A stretch of DNA of 60,815 nt, filler included. It is 5 parts of 5 records of this genome, joined end to end, with 100 filler letters (N's around TTAATTAATTAA, not from the genome) between each part and the next. Parts side by side here need not be neighbours in the genome. Positions count along the whole stretch, not along the records: positions 1 to 23,166 come from DRR378314_1510; 4 more parts are not named here. The stretch is one strand, 5' to 3'. The notes under the pieces are model-generated. The model was not told the origin of the DNA, did not search any database, and saw nothing but the letters and a program-made list of their open reading frames with translations. The translations under genes were made by a program, and so were the position numbers. Positions within the stretch are counted from its first letter, which is position 1, and each line of letters starts with the position of its first letter. Positions 1 to 8,535 of this stretch are shown here, in pieces.

Positions 1-67
1 GAATGACGGTGCGGTGACTCGGGAATGACGTGCGGGGACTCGGGAATGACGGGACTCGGGAATGACG
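1..67. repeat. Clustered short repeat GACTCGGGAATGACG (3 full copies plus 1 partial), REP-like, at contig end
   Basis: Exact copies at 16-30, 37-51 and 53-67, partial copy at 1-8; lies just downstream of the gene ending at 82. Confidence 0.8.
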
Positions 68-81
68 GCGCGGTTTACGCA

Positions 82-516
82 TTACATCGTCGCGAGGCGT
101 TCTTCATCCAGTACGCCCGACATCCGCACCATGGCTAACGCTTCATCCAGGCTGGCCACTTCTTCCATCATCAATAATTCGTTTTCCAAGCTAATCGGCT
201 GTCCCGCTTTATCAGACAGCAGCTTTTCCAGCGAAGCTACGTCCATAGCGTCGTCTAAGTGGTGAATATCTACCGACGCACTGCTCGCACTTGGTAAGTA
301 GATAGTGCCATTAGAGAAATCCACGGCATAAGCGATAACGCCTGGCACAATAAAAAACAGTAAGCCGACACCGTTAGCGATCGCCACCACTGGGTCAACA
401 TTACCGCTTAATTGTCCTTTACGTTCAGGATGAAAAAGCGTTCCACAACCACTTAACGTTACAATGGAGACACCAACAATGGCCCCCGTTAACCAACGGC
501 GTACTGCTTGCTGCAT
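82..516 (-). CDS. Conserved hypothetical lipoprotein
   Basis: Signal peptide with lipobox LSGC, followed by a hydrophobic segment (GLLFFIVPGVIAYAVDF). Confidence 0.7.
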   Translation of the reverse strand: MQQAVRRWLTGAIVGVSIVTLSGCGTLFHPERKGQLSGNVDPVVAIANGVGLLFFIVPGVIAYAVDFSNGTIYLPSASSASVDIHHLDDAMDVASLEKLLSDKAGQPISLENELLMMEEVASLDEALAMVRMSGVLDEERLATM

Positions 517-759
517 GAAGGTTCCCTCAAAGTCCTAACGTACCGATAGCTGGAGAAGATGCGCTTGTTTGCCCACTGCTATCGAGCCACAAAACCGGGC
601 AAGTTTAACACATTTGCTTACCAGCACACGCCAAGCTGTTAACGTAGGGTTTTGCCGCCTTACTCGCTTAGCCGTACAATGCCGCATTCAGCGCTAGTTT
701 AAGCGCTACATTACTAAACGATTAAGCATCACCCCTACCAACAAGGAATGCTCACGCCC

Positions 760-2490
760 ATGCGCGCCAGCCAATTATTGATTGCGACATTAAAAGAAAC
801 CCCGGCCGACGCTGAAGTCATCAGCCACCAGTTAATGCTGCGCGCCGGTATGATCCGTCGTCTTACCTCTGGCCTCTATACGTGGCTGCCGCTTGGCCTA
901 CGCACGCTGCGTAAGGTTGAAGCCATTGTCCGCGAAGAGATGAACCGTGCCGGCGCTCAGGAAGTATTAATGCCCGCCGTGCAACCTGCTGACCTATGGC
1001 AAGAGTCTGGCCGTTGGGAGCAGTACGGCCCGGAGCTACTACGCCTGAAAGATCGCCACGAGCGTGACTACTGCGTAGGCCCGACCCATGAGGAAGTCAT
1101 TACTGATTTGGTGCGCAAAGAGATTGCCAGCTACAAGCAACTGCCGGTTAATTTTTACCAAATCCAAACTAAGTTCCGTGACGAGATTCGCCCGCGCTTT
1201 GGGGTGATGCGTTCTCGGGAATTCATTATGAAGGATGCTTACTCCTTCCACCTGGACGAAGCCTCCCTCAAAGAGACTTACCAGACGATGTATGATGCCT
1301 ATACACGCATCTTCACCCGCCTGGGTCTCGATTTCCGCCCTGTGATTGCTGATAACGGCTCGATTGGCGGCACGGGTTCTCACGAATTCCACGTGCTAGC
1401 AGAATCCGGCGAAGATGATATCGTGTTCTCCAACGCCTCCGATTACGCCGCTAATATGGAAAAAGCTGAGGCTCTGCCCGCGCCGCTAGGCAGCAACGCC
1501 GAGCGTGCAGCCCCCAGCGAAGAGATGCATCTGGTCGATACGCCCAACGCTAAGACAATTGCCGCCCTGGTAGAGCAGCATGGCCTGCCGATTGAGAAAA
1601 CCATCAAGACACTGATGGTGCATGCCGCTGAAGGTGGTTTGATTGCCCTGCTAATCCGAGGTGATCATGAGCTTAATGAAGTCAAAGCTGAAAACCTGCC
1701 CCAGGTAGCCACTCCGCTCACCATGGCGAACGAAGAAGAAATCCGCGCCGTGGTTGGCGCTGGCCCAGGCTCACTTGGCCCAGTTGGCCTAAACATGCCG
1801 ATCATTATTGATCACAGCGTGGCGCTTATGAGTGACTTTGGTGCGGGCGCAAACATCGATGGCAAGCACTACTTCGGCATTAACTGGGAGCGTGACGTGG
1901 CGCTGCCGCAAGTTGCCGATCTACGTAACGTTGTCGAAGGTGACCCTTCGCCGGACGGCAAAGGCACGCTGTCTATCAAACGTGGTATTGAAGTAGGCCA
2001 CGTCTTCCAGCTTGGACAAAAGTACTCCGAAGCAATGAACGCGACGGTGCTGGGCGACAACGGCAAAACCAGCCATCCGTGGATGGGCTGCTATGGCATC
2101 GGTGTTACCCGTGTGGTCGCTGCCGCCATTGAGCAAAACCATGATGATTCAGGCATTATCTGGCCAAACGCTATCGCACCGTTCCAAGTAGCGTTGGTGC
2201 CGATGAATGCCCACAAATCACAACGTGTGCGCGAAGAGTCCGAACGTCTCTATCAAGCGCTAACAGCCGCTGGCTTAGACGTGTTGCTTGATGACCGCGA
2301 CACGCGTCCCGGCGTCAAGTTTGCAGACCTGGAGCTTATGGGTGTGCCTCACCGTTTAGTGATTGGTGATCGTGGTTTGGATAACGGCGAACTGGAATAC
2401 AAAGGCCGCCGAGACAGCGAAGCGACCATGGTTCCTGCTGACACAATTGTTGATTTTCTACGCGAAAAAGCAGGACTGATCAGCGCATAA
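760..2490 (+). CDS. proS: Proline--tRNA ligase
   Basis: MRASQLL start, [10 protein letters not shown] motif 2, [18 protein letters not shown] motif 3, INS editing domain (start may be 748). Confidence 0.98.
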   Translation: MRASQLLIATLKETPADAEVISHQLMLRAGMIRRLTSGLYTWLPLGLRTLRKVEAIVREEMNRAGAQEVLMPAVQPADLWQESGRWEQYGPELLRLKDRHERDYCVGPTHEEVITDLVRKEIASYKQLPVNFYQIQTKFRDEIRPRFGVMRSREFIMKDAYSFHLDEASLKETYQTMYDAYTRIFTRLGLDFRPVIADNGSIGGTGSHEFHVLAESGEDDIVFSNASDYAANMEKAEALPAPLGSNAERAAPSEEMHLVDTPNAKTIAALVEQHGLPIEKTIKTLMVHAAEGGLIALLIRGDHELNEVKAENLPQVATPLTMANEEEIRAVVGAGPGSLGPVGLNMPIIIDHSVALMSDFGAGANIDGKHYFGINWERDVALPQVADLRNVVEGDPSPDGKGTLSIKRGIEVGHVFQLGQKYSEAMNATVLGDNGKTSHPWMGCYGIGVTRVVAAAIEQNHDDSGIIWPNAIAPFQVALVPMNAHKSQRVREESERLYQALTAAGLDVLLDDRDTRPGVKFADLELMGVPHRLVIGDRGLDNGELEYKGRRDSEATMVPADTIVDFLREKAGLISA

Positions 2491-2501
2491 CCGTTTATAA
2501 C

Positions 2502-2577
2502 GGCCACGACTAGAACTGCATCGTGGCCAATAAAAGAGACACTGGCAGGCATCATCAGTTAGGTTGCCTCGCCAGTG
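2502..2577. terminator. Two hairpins between convergent proS and the kinase gene
   Basis: GGCCACGA...TCGTGGCC and CACTGGC-AGGCA...TGCCT-C-GCCAGTG inverted repeats. Confidence 0.45.
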
Positions 2578-2583
2578 CCAGCG

Positions 2584-3816
2584 CTAATCGGCGACAGGCT
2601 GCACTAATCCCAAGCTGACTAATTGGCCCAATAACTGGCAGATATCTCGCTTGATACTTTGCCTGCTAGCGCCAACAAAAAAAGCCATCAAGGTATCAAT
2701 AATTTCATCTTGGCATAGAGCCTCATGCTGCAGCAGTGCCCACACAGCTCTACTCGTCACATTCAAACGATGGATTTCGCCGCCCTCTTTAGCAATGACG
2801 AACAGCTCTTCACCCAATGGAAACTCGTGAGCCACCGGGCTGATTTGCCACCTGCGCGTGTCGTTTGCTGCCAGCACCTGGCGCTGTTTGAACGCCTCCG
2901 ACTCAGTTTGACGACGACACGGACTCGTCGCCACAGCACCGTCAAGAAATCCATCGCTATTTATCTCAGTTGCTAGCCACGTTGCCGCTTCGTAAGCATC
3001 TCGGTAACGCATTAAAAAACACGGTAAATCTTTTAAGAGTGGCAAAAAACGCTCAATCAAGGTTTGATCCGACTCATGCTCAGCGAAATTCTGCTGCAAC
3101 AACTGCCATAACCCATCTCCCGGCTGCAGACGAACCAGCTGTGGCTCACTGAGCGATTCATCGCGCTCAATAAGCAGTACGGCGCCTAGCGGACAACGCA
3201 CTCCATGCGATGCCAGCTGCTGCTCGTTTAACGCCAGGTAGCCATAGCGATCATCATGAGGCCCTAGGTGGTTAGCAACAAACTGATGAAACTCCGGCGC
3301 AAGGGTCTCTGGCAACGGCAAGCGCAGTCTAGGTGCAACGCCCAGCGCTATCCCTTCACCACAACTATTGAGTGCCAGCACATCATCGCCAAACACCCGA
3401 TAACCTGCCGCGGCGAACGCCGCCGTGAGCGTACTTTTACCCGCCCGATGACTATCCGGAAATATTACTAGCTGTTGATTAACCTCTACCGCCCCACAGT
3501 GAAGCCCAATATGCTCAGGATGATGTCGAAGATAAGCCCCCGCTAAATCAGCAATCACGCTGCATGCGGTTCCTGCCGGTGTATCTAATAACATGCCTCC
3601 CGGCAGGGCCGGCGCTTCCTGCCAGTAACCATTAGGATGACGCCAAACACAAATAGAGGGTGCGTGCTGCTGAACCTCACAGGGCATTAGCCGCCAGCCT
3701 GGCATGGCTTGATGAATCACTGGCAGTAGCTGCTCTGCATCAATCAAGCGTATGCAAGGGCCAACATTTTCCAGCGCATAATCGACAGCAATCGAAGTGG
3801 TAGACACGGCACCCAC
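2584..3816 (-). CDS. HPr-kinase-like P-loop kinase fused to a C-terminal PqqD-family (RRE) domain
   Basis: LHCGAV...SHRAGKSTL...G.RVFGDD HprK-type signature; the last ~80 aa (EELFVI...HRLNVTSRAVWALL...EIIDTL...DICQLLGQLVSLGLV) have the PqqD pattern. Confidence 0.8.
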   Translation of the reverse strand: MGAVSTTSIAVDYALENVGPCIRLIDAEQLLPVIHQAMPGWRLMPCEVQQHAPSICVWRHPNGYWQEAPALPGGMLLDTPAGTACSVIADLAGAYLRHHPEHIGLHCGAVEVNQQLVIFPDSHRAGKSTLTAAFAAAGYRVFGDDVLALNSCGEGIALGVAPRLRLPLPETLAPEFHQFVANHLGPHDDRYGYLALNEQQLASHGVRCPLGAVLLIERDESLSEPQLVRLQPGDGLWQLLQQNFAEHESDQTLIERFLPLLKDLPCFLMRYRDAYEAATWLATEINSDGFLDGAVATSPCRRQTESEAFKQRQVLAANDTRRWQISPVAHEFPLGEELFVIAKEGGEIHRLNVTSRAVWALLQHEALCQDEIIDTLMAFFVGASRQSIKRDICQLLGQLVSLGLVQPVAD

Positions 3817-3819
3817 CCC

Positions 3820-4161
3820 TTACCAGCGAGGTAATAAGCGGCTTATGCGGATCTCAATCACAGCGTCTCCATCCCAACGGGAGCGCTGTGGGCGAGCGTA
3901 GTAAGGACGTGAATGATGGGGACGTGAATGCCTGGGTTTAGAATAATGGGGTCTTGAATAGCTATGTCTTGAATAACGGGGCCTTGAATAGCTGGGCCGC
4001 GAGTAACGTGAACGGGAATGGTGATGTTCACGCGCTTCAGCTTGCCCCATGGAAAACAGCGTAGGGGCCACGTAAAGTGCAGCGGCACCAAGCCCTAAAC
4101 TTGCTAGCACTTGACGTCGTGAACGCCGTTTATTCAGCAGGGAATCGGCTTCATTGCTCAT
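3820..4161 (-). CDS. Tat-signal small protein with about 10 Ser/Arg/Pro/Tyr/His pentapeptide repeats; putative RiPP-like precursor
   Basis: SRRQVL twin-arginine motif, h-region, AEA cleavage site, GGAG RBS, stop codon 3 nt before the kinase start. Confidence 0.8.
   Translation of the reverse strand: MSNEADSLLNKRRSRRQVLASLGLGAAALYVAPTLFSMGQAEAREHHHSRSRYSRPSYSRPRYSRHSYSRPHYSKPRHSRPHHSRPYYARPQRSRWDGDAVIEIRISRLLPRW
3886..4020 (-). repeat. Degenerate 15-bp coding tandem repeat ([YH]S[RK]Px)
   Basis: HSRSR YSRPS YSRPR YSRHS YSRPH YSKPR HSRPH HSRPY YARPQ. Confidence 0.9.
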
Positions 4162-4308
4162 ATCAGCACTCCGGATTAATCGCTAGAAAGGTTATGAAAC
4201 ACTGTTTTAAAAACAATCCTAGCCTCGAAGCACACAGCAAACCACCGGCTGAGCGTCACTTTCCCATTGTTTACTTTTTTTAACTACACTCAGCGTTTTG
4301 TGGAAACA

Positions 4309-5469
4309 TTATGCAGCTGCAGTAATTTGCCAACCATTACGGCCGGCGCTCTTTACTCGGTAAAGCGCCTTATCAGCAGCTTTATAGGCACTTGGAAAGG
4401 TCGCATCCCCTGCGGTAAAGCATACTGCCCCAATACTCAAGGTGACCCTTTCATTGTGCGGATGCGCGGGGTGTTTGAAATCAGCCTGCTCTAAAACAGA
4501 CGTTAATTGATCACAGTAGCCAATCAATAACGCATCATCATCACAAGGCAATACTGCGGCAAACTCATCCCCGCCTAATCGGTATAGTTTTGCCTCTGCT
4601 CCCAGTACATATTTCAGCAGACTGGCTAAGCGCCGTAACAGTTGATCCCCCTCAGGATGCCCCAGTGAATCGTTGTACTGCTTAAAGAAGTCGATATCGA
4701 CCAAGATCAAAGCAAGCGCAGCCCCTTCTTTGGTAGCGACATCCTGATGCAGCGCACTGCGGTTACCTATCCCCGTCAGCGGATCACGCATCGCATGCTG
4801 CATCCAGGCTATGGTTTGCTTAGTCGCACGCTCTGTACGCCGTAACTGACGCTCATGCATTACCCAAAACAGCAGCCCTAGTGCAAAAATCACCATGCTC
4901 GAATAGGTGAGAATCTGATTATACCGTCGGGTGCTTTCGGAAAACTCATTAATTGCCATACCACGCAAGTCGAGCTGATTCATCTCAATGTTCGTTAAAC
5001 AATCAATTGGGCCCAACAGTTCAGCTGCAGCATCAAACGGTGTCACGGTAGTTTCTGTAAGGCGCTCTGTTAGTAAATTGAGGGTTTGTAAACTCGGCTG
5101 GGTACAGCTGTACCTTTGACGATATACCTCGACATCAATTAGCCCATAGGCAAGATCGAGATTAAGCCTAACCGTTTGTCGCTGTTCATCGTCAAAGGGC
5201 TGTTCGCTTAACAAATGTTGTTGGGCGAGCTGTAAATATGCCCGAGACCTGGTAGCCAATTGCTGCCCTGTCAAATTGCCTGTCTGGCTGAAGTAAGCCT
5301 GTATTTCGGGATATACCCAGCGCGCCTCATAAACAATAACTACCATCAATGCCATAAAACTCATGAGGCTCAATGATAACCACGTTACATAGCGGCGCTT
5401 CCTAGCGAAAGGAACGGGGGGTGGCAGTGGTACGGCAGGTGGAGAAGGCGGCGGCTCAATGATCACCAA
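4309..5469 (-). CDS. Membrane-bound diguanylate cyclase (2 TM, periplasmic domain, GGDEF)
   Basis: DPLTGIGNR, DIDFFKQYND..GH..GD, RLGGDEF, ADKALY..K..GRN. Confidence 0.93.
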   Translation of the reverse strand: MVIIEPPPSPPAVPLPPPVPFARKRRYVTWLSLSLMSFMALMVVIVYEARWVYPEIQAYFSQTGNLTGQQLATRSRAYLQLAQQHLLSEQPFDDEQRQTVRLNLDLAYGLIDVEVYRQRYSCTQPSLQTLNLLTERLTETTVTPFDAAAELLGPIDCLTNIEMNQLDLRGMAINEFSESTRRYNQILTYSSMVIFALGLLFWVMHERQLRRTERATKQTIAWMQHAMRDPLTGIGNRSALHQDVATKEGAALALILVDIDFFKQYNDSLGHPEGDQLLRRLASLLKYVLGAEAKLYRLGGDEFAAVLPCDDDALLIGYCDQLTSVLEQADFKHPAHPHNERVTLSIGAVCFTAGDATFPSAYKAADKALYRVKSAGRNGWQITAAA

Positions 5470-5975
5470 CGGGCCTCAATACTTCGAATCATCCATATCC
5501 AGTCGTTGAACTCACGCAGGCTCTTGATATCACGCTGATCATTATAAGCCAGATCAACCAGCCGCAATGGCCCCCGCGAACGCAATGTAAGTGGCTCTCC
5601 ACTCTCTGCCGTGACCATTAACCACTTAGGATCATCCCAGCCATCTAACGTCACTTCGTAATCATCCCATGTCGTAAAGTGCAATGCGGGAGGAACTTCG
5701 CCAAACTGATTAATGAGAAAGCGACGGAATTCAAGCCCATGCATCTCTAGTTCTCGGCCTTGAAAAGGATCAAATACTGGCGAGGTAATCGTAGATTGTA
5801 GGCGCAACTCATTAAGAGAGAGTGCTGTGGTTTTTTCACCATTAATGACGCTTAATGCTTGAGCATAGACCGGCATTGATAGCCAGCTAAGTAATAGAAG
5901 AATACAGGCAACACTAGCTTTGGGATAATGATGAGCGCAACAGCGTATGGCAACGATTGAATTAGCAGCATTCAT
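5463..5975 (-). CDS. Exported molybdopterin-oxidoreductase-fold-like protein, partner of the diguanylate cyclase
   Basis: Signal peptide (..PVYA), DDYEV, RGPLRLV and WIWMIRSIE motifs; overlaps the DGC start. Confidence 0.6.
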   Translation of the reverse strand: MNAANSIVAIRCCAHHYPKASVACILLLLSWLSMPVYAQALSVINGEKTTALSLNELRLQSTITSPVFDPFQGRELEMHGLEFRRFLINQFGEVPPALHFTTWDDYEVTLDGWDDPKWLMVTAESGEPLTLRSRGPLRLVDLAYNDQRDIKSLREFNDWIWMIRSIEARW

Positions 5976-6071
5976 GGCAAATGGCTTCCTTGCGGTACAA
6001 TGCCTTATTGTACAACTAGGTACTTTACCAGACGATTAATGCGAATACTCGAAAACATAGTTTTAATTAAT

Positions 6072-6097
6072 AAAAAAGCCGACCCAGCTGGGCCGGC
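6072..6097 (-). terminator. Rho-independent terminator of the ccoM-like gene
   Basis: Minus strand GCCGGCCC-AGCT-GGGTCGGC-TTTTTT. Confidence 0.75.
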
Positions 6098-6157
6098 AAC
6101 AGGAAGCTCGCTGTTAAAAGCAAGCTCCCTCCCCTGACGACGGTCACCACAACGGCG

Positions 6158-6283
6158 TTAATGCTTTTTACGTTCATCCTTACGGAGGTGGTCGCGTACA
6201 ATAAAACCTACCCAACCAACCATAAAAGCAATCATTAACGCGACAGTAACTAGACCGAAAATAACAGCATCATCCCAATACAT
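6158..6283 (-). CDS. ccoM: Small membrane protein, cbb3 cytochrome c oxidase subunit CcoM-like (41 aa; absent from the ORF track)
   Basis: MYWDDAVIFGLVTVALMIAFMVGWVGFIVRDHLRKDERKKH; GGAGGGG RBS; single TM with basic tail; FNR boxes upstream. Confidence 0.75.
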   Translation of the reverse strand: MYWDDAVIFGLVTVALMIAFMVGWVGFIVRDHLRKDERKKH

Positions 6284-6343
6284 GGTGATCCCCTCCTGCC
6301 GTGATGTATGACACCATCCTAGTGCGTTAATCGCGGCAGGAAG

Positions 6344-6407
6344 CTGACCTGGGTCAAGCTTTTCAGCGGGGTTATTTGCGGCCCATCAGGAACTTGATAT
6401 GGGTCAG
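6344..6407 (-). promoter_or_regulatory. Two FNR/ANR-like boxes upstream of ccoM
   Basis: CTGACCTGGGTCAA (6344-6357) and TTGATATGGGTCAG (6394-6407) versus TTGAT-N4-ATCAA; proximal box about 41 bp above a start inferred from a TAGGAT -10 (6316-6321). Confidence 0.7.
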
Positions 6408-6525
6408 TTTTTAACACTCAAAATACGCTGCAGCTTTAAAATACACTGTCAATTTTGAGCACGCCGAAGATTTAAGGCCTATGAAACTTAAAGTCTGTAA
6501 AACTTAAAGCCCCTAAAACTTGCAG

Positions 6526-7044
6526 CTAAAGCACTTTTCGATCTTCTACTTTGCTGTGTTCGGTTCCCGGCGGTAGAGGGTGGCCTTTCGCCAGCTCTGC
6601 ACGGGTTGCATCACGCACATCCAGCACGTTGACTTGATAGCGAAGCGTATGGCCTGCCAGCGGATGATTTGTATCGACCGTTACCATGTCCCCATCAACA
6701 CTAACCACCGTGACAATTTGCGGGCCTGCTTCACCTTCTGTTTGGAAACGGCTACCGGGTTCAAGCGCTGCGCTGCCAAACGACCCACGACTCACCTGTT
6801 GCACCAAGTCTTCATTACGGATGCCGTAGGCATCAGCAGGCGCAAGCGTGACACGCAGCTCATCTCCAGCGGCTTTATCTTCCAGAGCACTCTCTAAACC
6901 GGGCAAAATATTATCGTGTCCATGGAGGTACTCTAAGGGCTTATCACGTGCGTTGGAGTCATCTAGCACGCGGGTACTGCCATCGCTAAGCACATCGCTT
7001 AACACGTAGTGTAAAGTGACTACTTGATGGGCTGTAATCGACAT
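6526..7044 (-). CDS. slyD: FKBP-type peptidyl-prolyl isomerase SlyD
   Basis: PLEYLHG, AYG, VDTNHPLAG. Confidence 0.9.
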   Translation of the reverse strand: MSITAHQVVTLHYVLSDVLSDGSTRVLDDSNARDKPLEYLHGHDNILPGLESALEDKAAGDELRVTLAPADAYGIRNEDLVQQVSRGSFGSAALEPGSRFQTEGEAGPQIVTVVSVDGDMVTVDTNHPLAGHTLRYQVNVLDVRDATRAELAKGHPLPPGTEHSKVEDRKVL

Positions 7045-7150
7045 TGAAAACTCCTCTCCGGTAAGCTATCGGCTTTGTCATGGATATCAGGCCTAGTCTA
7101 CCACTGAGCGGTTTTTAGCGGGCCTCGATGCAGACGTTTTCTTTCCTGGA

Positions 7151-8533
7151 GTGTTAACCAACATGCCCACCCCTACTCCCCAGCGCAGCTGGCTGGATGC
7201 GCTAGGTATTTACTGTCGTGCACCTGTTATCACCATGCTGTTTCTAGGTTTTTCAGCAGGCTTACCTTTTTTGCTGGTGTTTTCGACTCTCTCTGCATGG
7301 CTACGCAGTGACGGCGTTGAAGTGGCCGCCATTGGCTTCTTCGCCTGGATTGGCATGCTCTACTCAATCAAGTTTTTTTGGGCACCTATCGTTGACCGAC
7401 TTGCCCTGCCGATCTTAACCCGCACGCTTGGCCAGCGGCGTGGCTGGATGCTGCTTGCCCAGGGGATGATTGCGGCAGGGCTAATTGGCTTAGCGGGAGT
7501 CAGTCCCGTAGGTAACCTAGGCTGGGTAGCAGCCTTTGCGCTGCTGGTAGCCTTTGGCTCGGCCACCCAGGATATCGCCATTGACGCGTATCGCATCGAA
7601 TCCGCCGATGACGATGTACAAGCAGCGATGGCCTCTACTTACATTATCGGTTACCGCGGTGGGCTGTTAGCGGCAGGTGCCGGGGCGCTGTATGTGGCCT
7701 CAGCGATTTCCTGGAACGCCGCGTACCTCTGCATGGCCGCGCTTGTGGGCATTGGCGTGCTCACCGTGCTGATTCGACCTGAACCAAAGCGCGCCTCGTT
7801 GACGGTTCAGCTCATTCACGAACCCAAGGTACGCGCCTTCATTCGTGCCAGCCGTGGACAACCGAAAGCTTTGCGACGTCTAGGTGCTTGGGTGATTGGT
7901 GCCATTGTGTGCCCTTTTACCGACTTCTTCCGCCGCTATGGGGTGAAGGCGTTGGGCATTTTAGTGTTTATCGCGGTGTTCCGAATTAGCGACCTTGCCA
8001 TGGCCTCTATGGCAAATCCGCTGTATATCGATTTAGGCTTTTCACTGGCCACCATCGCCAACGTCACCAATATTTTTGGTATTGCCATGAGTATAACGGG
8101 GGGCATTCTTGGCGGCTTGCTGGTTGCTCGCTACGGCATTGGGCCACTGCTGATCATTGGCGCAGGCTTTGTCATGGTGACCAACCTGCTGTTTGCCGCG
8201 TTAGCGTTGATAGGTAACCAACTCCCCATGCTGGTCGTCACCATTATTGGCGACAACCTTGCCAACGGCTTAGCCAGCGCTGTCTTTATCGCGTTTCTTT
8301 CCAGCTTAACGTCGCGAGCTTATACCGCCACCCAATACGCACTGTTTTCGTCGCTAATGACGTTACCAGGGAAGTTTCTGAGCGGTTTTGGCGGGCTGGT
8401 TGTCACGGCTCAGGGATACGCCACTTTCTTCATAGTGGCCACCCTGCTCGGTTTACCCGCCATTCTGCTAGCCATCTGGATCAGCCGGGATAAGCAGTTG
8501 GTGCCTACCCCAGTGATCGCAGAGGCCAAATAA
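7151..8533 (+). CDS. ampG: AmpG-family muropeptide MFS transporter
   Basis: LGFSAGLP, KFFWAPIVD, SATQDIAIDAYRIE, TATQYALFSS. Confidence 0.92.
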   Translation: MLTNMPTPTPQRSWLDALGIYCRAPVITMLFLGFSAGLPFLLVFSTLSAWLRSDGVEVAAIGFFAWIGMLYSIKFFWAPIVDRLALPILTRTLGQRRGWMLLAQGMIAAGLIGLAGVSPVGNLGWVAAFALLVAFGSATQDIAIDAYRIESADDDVQAAMASTYIIGYRGGLLAAGAGALYVASAISWNAAYLCMAALVGIGVLTVLIRPEPKRASLTVQLIHEPKVRAFIRASRGQPKALRRLGAWVIGAIVCPFTDFFRRYGVKALGILVFIAVFRISDLAMASMANPLYIDLGFSLATIANVTNIFGIAMSITGGILGGLLVARYGIGPLLIIGAGFVMVTNLLFAALALIGNQLPMLVVTIIGDNLANGLASAVFIAFLSSLTSRAYTATQYALFSSLMTLPGKFLSGFGGLVVTAQGYATFFIVATLLGLPAILLAIWISRDKQLVPTPVIAEAK

Positions 8534-8535
8534 AG

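Noticed and set aside
1-67. Possible CRISPR array
   Set aside because: The repeat is only 15 nt, the linkers are 1-7 nt, and no cas genes are present.
6526-7044. SlyD lacking the His/Cys-rich tail
   Set aside because: Tail length varies widely among SlyD homologs.
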